64,000 bases of DNA from the human T2T-CHM13v2.0 reference genome, Homo sapiens. Shown piece after piece: positions 56,651 to 64,000 of the stretch. The translations under genes were made by a program, and so were the position numbers. Position 1 is the first letter of the stretch, and every line of letters begins with the position of its first letter. The notes under the pieces were generated by a model. The model had not been told where the DNA came from and did not search any database. It saw nothing but the letters and a program-made list of their open reading frames with translations. The DNA lies in the NCBI RefSeq assembly GCF_009914755.1, contig NC_060926.1. One strand, written 5' to 3'.

Positions 56651-57829
56651 AAAACAATAATCAGTAAAACCATTACTTTAATGTAGCATACTTCATGTGA
56701 GTCATTTTGCCTGGTTCATACTTTATAGAGATGCAATCATAATTTACATACAATTTTATATCTTGCTCATTATTATATCATGAATAACTTTTTCACGTTG
56801 TAATATAGTCTTCACAAACATTTAAATGGATGCATTATATTCCCTAGAGTGGTTAAAACATCTTTTATTTAATTAGTGTTTTGGGGCTTAGTCATTCTTA
56901 TTACTTGTTCTTTGTCCCTCTAGTGTAAAGATGAAGGTCTCTCTTTATGTAACTTTTCCCTATGTCTTTTGCATTATTGCCTTAGGCCAGCTTTTCCTAC
57001 CTTAAATTTAAACACATATACACACAAATGATGAAGTATGTTTCATTCCTGTTTCATCTTAATCACTTTTATCTTTAAAATCCTTAAGCTTAGAGAATAG
57101 TTCACATTACCCAAGCCATACAATGTCTTTCATTTCGGCACAGTCTTGGACTGTCTTTAAAATTCATCACATACATAAACTGAAAAACTGAACTACAGCT
57201 ACCAAAAAAGGCTTTAAAATTGAAATCTGGTTTTAGGGGGCTGACATTTCTTGAGCTTGTGATTTAAAGTACATTTTTTCTTTTTGTAGTCTCTGGCAGT
57301 CAACCTTACAGATCTCCCGTCTGAGCTGGTTTATGATCAGCAGGCTACATTCTAGATGACAGGATTACCTACTAATGTCTTAGAATTAAGTACCACTAAC
57401 TTGAATCATAAGCAAATTAAACATTTCAGCTCAAATGCTTTCCTGTGACTCCAGCAACTTTCAGGTCTTAAGATTAACAGGTTGTGGTCTGTAATAAAAA
57501 AATAAAATAAAATCCCCTACAACTTCAGCTTCCCTCAAGAATCCACTTACTTAAGAGCAAAAGAGGTATCCTGTGATGGGACTGAAGCCCTTTGGTGAAA
57601 ATAAAAAGTTTAAGTGACAACACTTAGTGTCAGCATGACAGGTTATAACCCAGAGAAATCTAACCCACTTGGCTTACTCATCTTAGTATCACTCAGGGTG
57701 GAAGGCAGCATAATGATTTAGCTATTATTTAATAACTAAGATAAATCATTGAAGTAAATAATATCCTTGCCATCATTAAGAATAATCCCAGTGTAAGTCA
57801 TTTCTAAACTACTTCACGGTGTATGATGC

Positions 57830-58635
57830 AACAATAATAAAAGCTTACGTTCACAAAGTTCTTTAGTTCACAAATCATATTAATATTAACATATTTGATC
57901 CCCCTACCATACATGGTAGATAGGAAAGAAAGCTTCTTTATCTTGTGGATATTTTAGAGCATCATTTTCAAGGTTAAGAGACCTGCTTGAAGTAGTATAT
58001 AATGAAGTGAGGCAACGAACCCTGGTCTCCTGATTCCAAATCAACTGTTCTTTCAACTGCACCATGATACCCTGGATCAAAGCGTAGAACACGGATTAGC
58101 TTCTAGTTCCAGCTTTGACATGAACTAGCCATGTCACCTTATACAAGTCAAGTAACTGAGCCTCAGTTTATTAGTAAAATGTCATTTGATCACATGATCT
58201 CTGAAGGTTGAAAATTCCATTTTCTATAAAAGAATTTTCTTTTTACTTCCATGGGAAGAAAGTGTCTTCCCACTACAGATTCCTGCTCCCCACCTCTCCA
58301 TCCAATTATTCCCCTGCAAGTATATAGATATGATCGATTCATTAAGTCAGCTTCAATGCTATAACATTATCATCATAACAGTGATAAGGTAATATTAATA
58401 GCTAATTTTAAGTGTGTGTTTACTGTTTACAAGGTACTATTTTAAGCGCTTTATATGATAATTCTTTTAATCCTTACAATGGCCCTAGAACAAGCTGAAA
58501 TTATTATTCCCACTCTCCAGATTAGAAAATGCAGGCCTGAAGAGGTCAAGGAATGTGTTCAAAGTCACAATGCCAGAGCTGGGATTCCAACTCAGACAGC
58601 CTGGCTCTTGAGCCCACGCACTTAATCACTGCCTT
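57830..58635. mobile_element. Cluster of MIR fragments
   Basis: gtcaccttatacaagtca...gagcctcagtt (plus) and taatccttacaatggcc...gggattccaactcagacagcctggctc (minus). Confidence 0.65.
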
Positions 58636-59855
58636 ACGAATCCACATTCCTTGACTTAACAATTTCACATACTTTCTAAGAGTGAATTTCAACTGATAAC
58701 ATTTTTTTTTTTTTTTTTTTGACCACAGATGTTGCCTGAATCTCACTTTCTGGAACAGTAGCATATGACCATATATAAAGCCCCCAACCAACACTTTCCC
58801 TAATGGACTATTCCCTGCTCATTCCTGACAGAGGTGTCCGCACTGTTTCTGGGGTTCCTTTCATTATAAAGACTCTCAAAACCAAACAGGTTATTTGGTA
58901 AATGGAAGAGATCTATTACAGTGTGGAGTCATTAAAACAGTCCTTCCCAGTATCCAGCTCCCTTCCGCTTTGCCTGCTTGACTTTCTGGAGAGCCCACCT
59001 CCTCTTTCGAGTCAGTAGAGAGTCACTGAGTTCAATTTGCTGCAAACTAATTAATTCCTAAGAACTTTGACACTAGAAGCTAAGACCCCAAAACAGCTCC
59101 TCCTCCTTTCATCCTGAGAGAAAATATTTCAGATATAATACATACATTTTCAATTTCCATATTTAAAATTCGCTTCAATCCATTTTTCCCCATATTTATA
59201 AGGTCACATTTGTTCTTTATGTTAATGGCACAGATTTCAGAGCCAGGAGACTCAAAGTACTTCTCAAATAAAGAGTGTATTCCTCACTGTGTGGTAAAAG
59301 AGTTTACTCAGCTTCCTCTTTGAACCATAGACAGCATTTCCACCTTCTAAACGCTGTATCCCAAATGGACAGGCTGCCCCTCTTGCTGGACAGCCCTGGG
59401 ACCCAGGGGACATGCTAGTCGTTCTCCATCACTGTCCTTGTAAAGTTGTACAAACCAGTCTTGAACCAAGTATTTCAGCATAAGGGGGACTATACAGGAA
59501 AAATATACCAGCATCTGTCAGTAGCAGTGAATGTATAAAATAAACATCATAAAGTGGGAAAAAGACTTCCAAACAACTCTCAGCAATCTTGTCTAACTAT
59601 CCTGACCTTAAAATGCCAAAGTACACTGCAGTAAATGGGAGAGCAACATATCAAGTGCTGTCACTATTTGCCGTTCCATTCTAGAATTCCACCACCTCGA
59701 TCTTGAAACCTCCAATCAGATGTGCTACAGTAAATCTCCCTTCCACTAATCAAGATGGAAATCTTTTCTTTCCCAATTAGGTCCAATTGCACAGACAAAG
59801 CAGTGCATCTGTTTCCCTTTCAAGACAGCTCACCCAGGGGATGGTGGAGCTTTAC

Positions 59856-59915
59856 CGACAGAACAGCTAGATGGTTTGTCATATATCTTCTCCTCTCGCA
59901 GAGCGTCTCTGCCAT
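59856..59915 (-). CDS. Candidate alternative first coding exon of NCKAP5 (MAETLCERRRYMTNHLAVLS)
   Basis: Strong Kozak context (aagATGG) preceded by in-frame TGA TAA. Exactly 20 codons, then donor TCG|gtaaag in phase 0, matching the phase-0 acceptor at 20177. Confidence 0.55.
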
Positions 59916-60160
59916 CTTTTATCAGTGGTTATCCAGAGCTTCCCTTTTTGTGACAATATTAACCCAGGACTGCTGCCATAAGCATTCAGACTCCACTTGC
60001 TGCCTGCAGGGACTTCTGAGGAGAGTTTATCAAGACTGCTGAGCCTGATGCTTTTACGTTAAAGTGGCTCCCACTCGCAGTTATTAGTGTGTGCGGCGAG
60101 CCCACACCCGCACACACATGAGGCCAACTCCCCACAAGAGTGCTACGCAGAGCAGTAGCA
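59916..60160 (-). promoter_or_regulatory. Putative internal promoter / 5' UTR upstream of the candidate first exon
   Basis: No recognisable repeat. Local CpG cluster at 60056-60148 (acgtt, ctcgca, gcggcgag, cccgca, tacgca) in a CpG-poor background. Short uORF ATG CTT ATG GCA GCA GTC CTG GGT TAA. Confidence 0.4.
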
Positions 60161-62900
60161 ATCCATCTGTTTTCAGTTAGAAAATACAATTGCTTTTGCA
60201 CAGTTGAAGAACTGATCTGATATGAAATGACCCTGGCAGTTTTGAGGTGATAGCAAATACTCTGATGTGGCTGCCAAGGTAAGGCATTAAAGGGGTTACG
60301 TAAGCATAAGGCATCCCTGTGCCACTTAGGAATGTCCGTAAAGCAATAAACAAACAGACCAATAGACACAGAAGTTGCACTATATTCCCAACTTACAATA
60401 CAAAGAGCCTGCAATCATCAGACCCTGACTTTCAGAACACTGAAATGCTTACCTTGGATGATGTTTTAAAAAATAATTTTATTATGGGCATATTATATTT
60501 TATAATTCTCAGTGATTCATACAAAAGCAATACTCTTTAAAATGGCCAGAAGGATGGGCATTTTAAAAGAGATGATATTAGAGGAAATGTTTAATTTCAT
60601 TGCCTTTGGGGCTCCTTGTAAGGATGGAAGGCAAGATTGTGCAACGGCTGGGAACGTGGGTGAGGGCAGAGTGGGGGCAGATAGAACTCAAAAACCAGCT
60701 CTGCATCTTCCTAGCTGTGGGACCTGGGCAAGTTATTTAACCCCTCTGAACTAGTGCAACTGGGTGTTAATAACCACAGCTACTTCTCTGGGTTGTAAAA
60801 AGCTTGTGCAGATGCTGTGCAGAAATGGTGTGTCATGAATATGAGGATAATGGTTTGTCATCATCATCCATAGTATACTATGGTTTCTATCATTGTGAGT
60901 TCCCAAAGAATTCTGCAATGACTGTAACGAAGTAATCTGTCCCATGCCTTGCAGAATCATCTCTACCTCTGTGCCTTTCTTTATTCCACACTGTGTTTGT
61001 ATTTTTGCCATAGAAAGCAAAGATGGAGAAAAAATAGCTAGCATTCCCTCTAAAGAGAAATGTCATTCTGCCCTGTAACAACAGGAACATACACAGCCTA
61101 TTTTGTTGAGGCATTGACAAGACTCCATTCACAGCAATGGCGATGGGAGTGACTATTCCAAAGCCATGGCTTCTTCTTTTCTACATTTCATTCCATATTG
61201 TCCTTGTGGATGTCCCATTTCACTTAAGCTTTCTTTTTGGCCCTGAGACATTTATCAGCATAGCCTACATGCAGATCTACCCTCCCAAGCATGCCCCAGC
61301 AATAACTCGTCTCCAGTCCTCTTTAAAACACAACCTTCTCCTGGTTTACTCAGGTGACAAGCTTGCTAAGTCTAATAAACTGATCTAGTATACATACATA
61401 GCTCCTGATAGATTAATATATTACCATACTGGCGATACTGACAATTTTTGAAGAGACTATCTGAAGCAAAATGTAATAATCTAAATGAATTACTTTCTCA
61501 CGCTAGAATTCTAGACATTTAAGCAGGTCAGTAGAGAGATAAAGGGAGCATTTTGAGGCAGGGTGCTTTTGAAGGCATCTCAAGTTATAATAAAAGGCAA
61601 CAACCTGTTTTTCATACTGTGACATGAAACCCACAAAAGGAGACAGTTGTTTTTGTGGAATGATAAAGAGAAGTAGGCCATTACATGCTTAATTAAAGAT
61701 TCAATCCTTTTAATCCAGCAGAAATGTGACCCCCAACTGAGTAGAAACGTGGTCTTCAGGGAATAAGCATGTTTTTTTTGTTTGTTGTTTTGTTGTTTTA
61801 ATAGAGAAAAGCATTAGGACAAATCTCTTTATTACAGGGCTGAATGCATCCTCATGCCATTGGCCTCCGGTGGTGGTCTCTGAGGTGGTCTCTTTCTCAC
61901 CCAAGAGAGAGGTCTGGTTCCATCATGCCCAGAGCACTATGTCACATGCATTCAACTTGCCAAGAAAAGAAAGAACTCAACTAGGATTATGGATGCTGTT
62001 TTAAATGAATGTGGCTCCCTCTTCTGGTGGAAAGCCTGAATCAATAATAAAATCATCTCAAAGGAGAAAAGGCGCTTAGCTTCTTCCTCTCCCGGCTCCA
62101 GAAATATATGTCAACAAAATACCACTAACAAGTGAACCAGACAACAATAGATCCGCCGTAGTTCTCATATTCTGCAACCAAGGCTAAGTGGTGAAGAGAT
62201 CCACAACTGAGATGCAGCAACAAGAGAAGAGAAAAAGAAATGGACTTTAGAGGGCTGGATCTCTTAAAAATAAGCCCTTCCTATAAATATATACATGGAT
62301 ATAGGGAATGGAGAACTAATGCTGCTTTGGAAAACTACTGCTAACAGAATTCTTCTGGGGAACAAGTTAATAATGATAAAATGTCTATTTGACATCTTGA
62401 TTTTTAGTGAGGTCAAATCTACAATATTAAAAGTATCTTCCATCACATTTCAGTAAGTCCTATGAAGACTCTGGACACTTTGAAAACACTTTTGTTTACT
62501 AGAAATAATGACTTGAGCCCCAACTATATACCTATTTATCATTAAGCCAAAAATGTAGATAACCTTACAAATGGCGTAAAATATCTATACTTAAATAAAT
62601 TCCAAAGCAAAGCAAACAAAAGTATATGTTGATAATGCACTATGCTGCTTCCTAAATAAATTCTAACAGGCTGAGGGTTATAGAGGCCTGAGAAATAAAC
62701 ACGGAGAACAAAACAAATAACCCTAACACTCCAAACAGAGGAGCCCAGTTAGACTCCCACATTTTGTGTCCTAACACTTCATTGATTGTTAAATTATATT
62801 CACTCCTGAATGACCCCAATGTTTCTGCATCACAAATCTTGCCACTTGCTGGAGGCTACAACCCATATCTTTTCTTTTTGAGACTGAGTTTATCATATCT

Positions 62901-63402
<502 letters not shown>

Positions 63403-63750
63403 TATCATATCTTTATGGAAGGGTTTCAGTGCTGGAAGCAATGCACTGTGCTGTCAGGCAGAAGGTTCAGGTTCAGGAGCACTGAGGGCTGCATCCTCAA
63501 GCCAGGGGCAACCAGTAAAGACTCAGGTGAGATTATGTTTGATCTCTGAGGAGTGCCTGTCTCCTCATTCCCACGAAGATTAAGTAAAGTCTTTAGATTT
63601 GGGGATGGCAGGAGGTTGGGGTGGGATATTGCCAGAGACAACTTGATAGTGGTCATATTTTCTGTTCTTTCATATAAAGAGGTAGATTTCAACTCTGGGG
63701 GGAGCTGGAAGAAAGAAAATGGCTATGGAAATACTGAGCATCATTCATAT

Positions 63751-64000
63751 AGACAAAAAGTCTCTCCTTGACTGAACTCCACTCAGGTTATTTTGAACTT
63801 TTATCAATGAAGCCCTGACTTGTGAACTTTCATGTTCATCTCTCCATTGTTGATTTTGGCAAGAATCCTGCTAAGTCAGTTTAGACAGAATTCCCCAGCC
63901 TCCAAATCTGATCATCCTCCACCATCCCCCAGGTGATGATGTCTGATCACCCTGGCCTGTCTTCAGCAAGAATCCTGTTTGGCTGGTTTACCAGAATCCC
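63751..64000 (+). mobile_element. ERV1 LTR (MER31/MER67-like), cut by the window end
   Basis: gacaaaaagtctctccttgac...gcaagaatcctgctaagtcagtttag...gtctgatcaccctggcctg. Confidence 0.7.

Noticed and set aside
59986-60414. 142-aa minus-strand ORF overlapping the putative promoter
   Set aside because: Starts at TTG rather than ATG and resembles no known protein; the 20-codon spliced exon explains the region better.

Overview
This is human genomic DNA, shown by a near-consensus AluYa5 plus many Alu, L1, MIR, L2, MaLR and DNA-transposon fossils. The window is almost entirely intron of a large minus-strand gene. One clear coding exon (20044-20177, minus, 134 nt, missed by the ORF track) encodes HEKLIHELEEERHLRLQSEKRLQEVTLESERNRIQMRSLQQQFS(R), which I recognise as the N-terminal coiled-coil region of NCKAP5 (about residues 70-114). 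Two candidate exons fit its frame. One is an alternative first coding exon (ATG 59915, phase-0 donor after 59856, MAETLCERRRYMTNHLAVLS). The other is a short terminal exon (acceptor at 13867, adding RRKM*). Together they could encode a 69-aa coiled-coil micro-isoform contained in this window. Other oddities: an irregular 12-copy GCAACATCTAGATAA array, a retroposed LTR 3' end with poly(A) and TSD, an Alu nested in an Alu, a hairpin cluster in an L2, and an unexplained 27-bp direct repeat. I found no prokaryotic-type system. Almost all track ORFs are repeat-derived or chance. Repeat subfamily names come from memory of consensus sequences, and boundaries of old elements are approximate.
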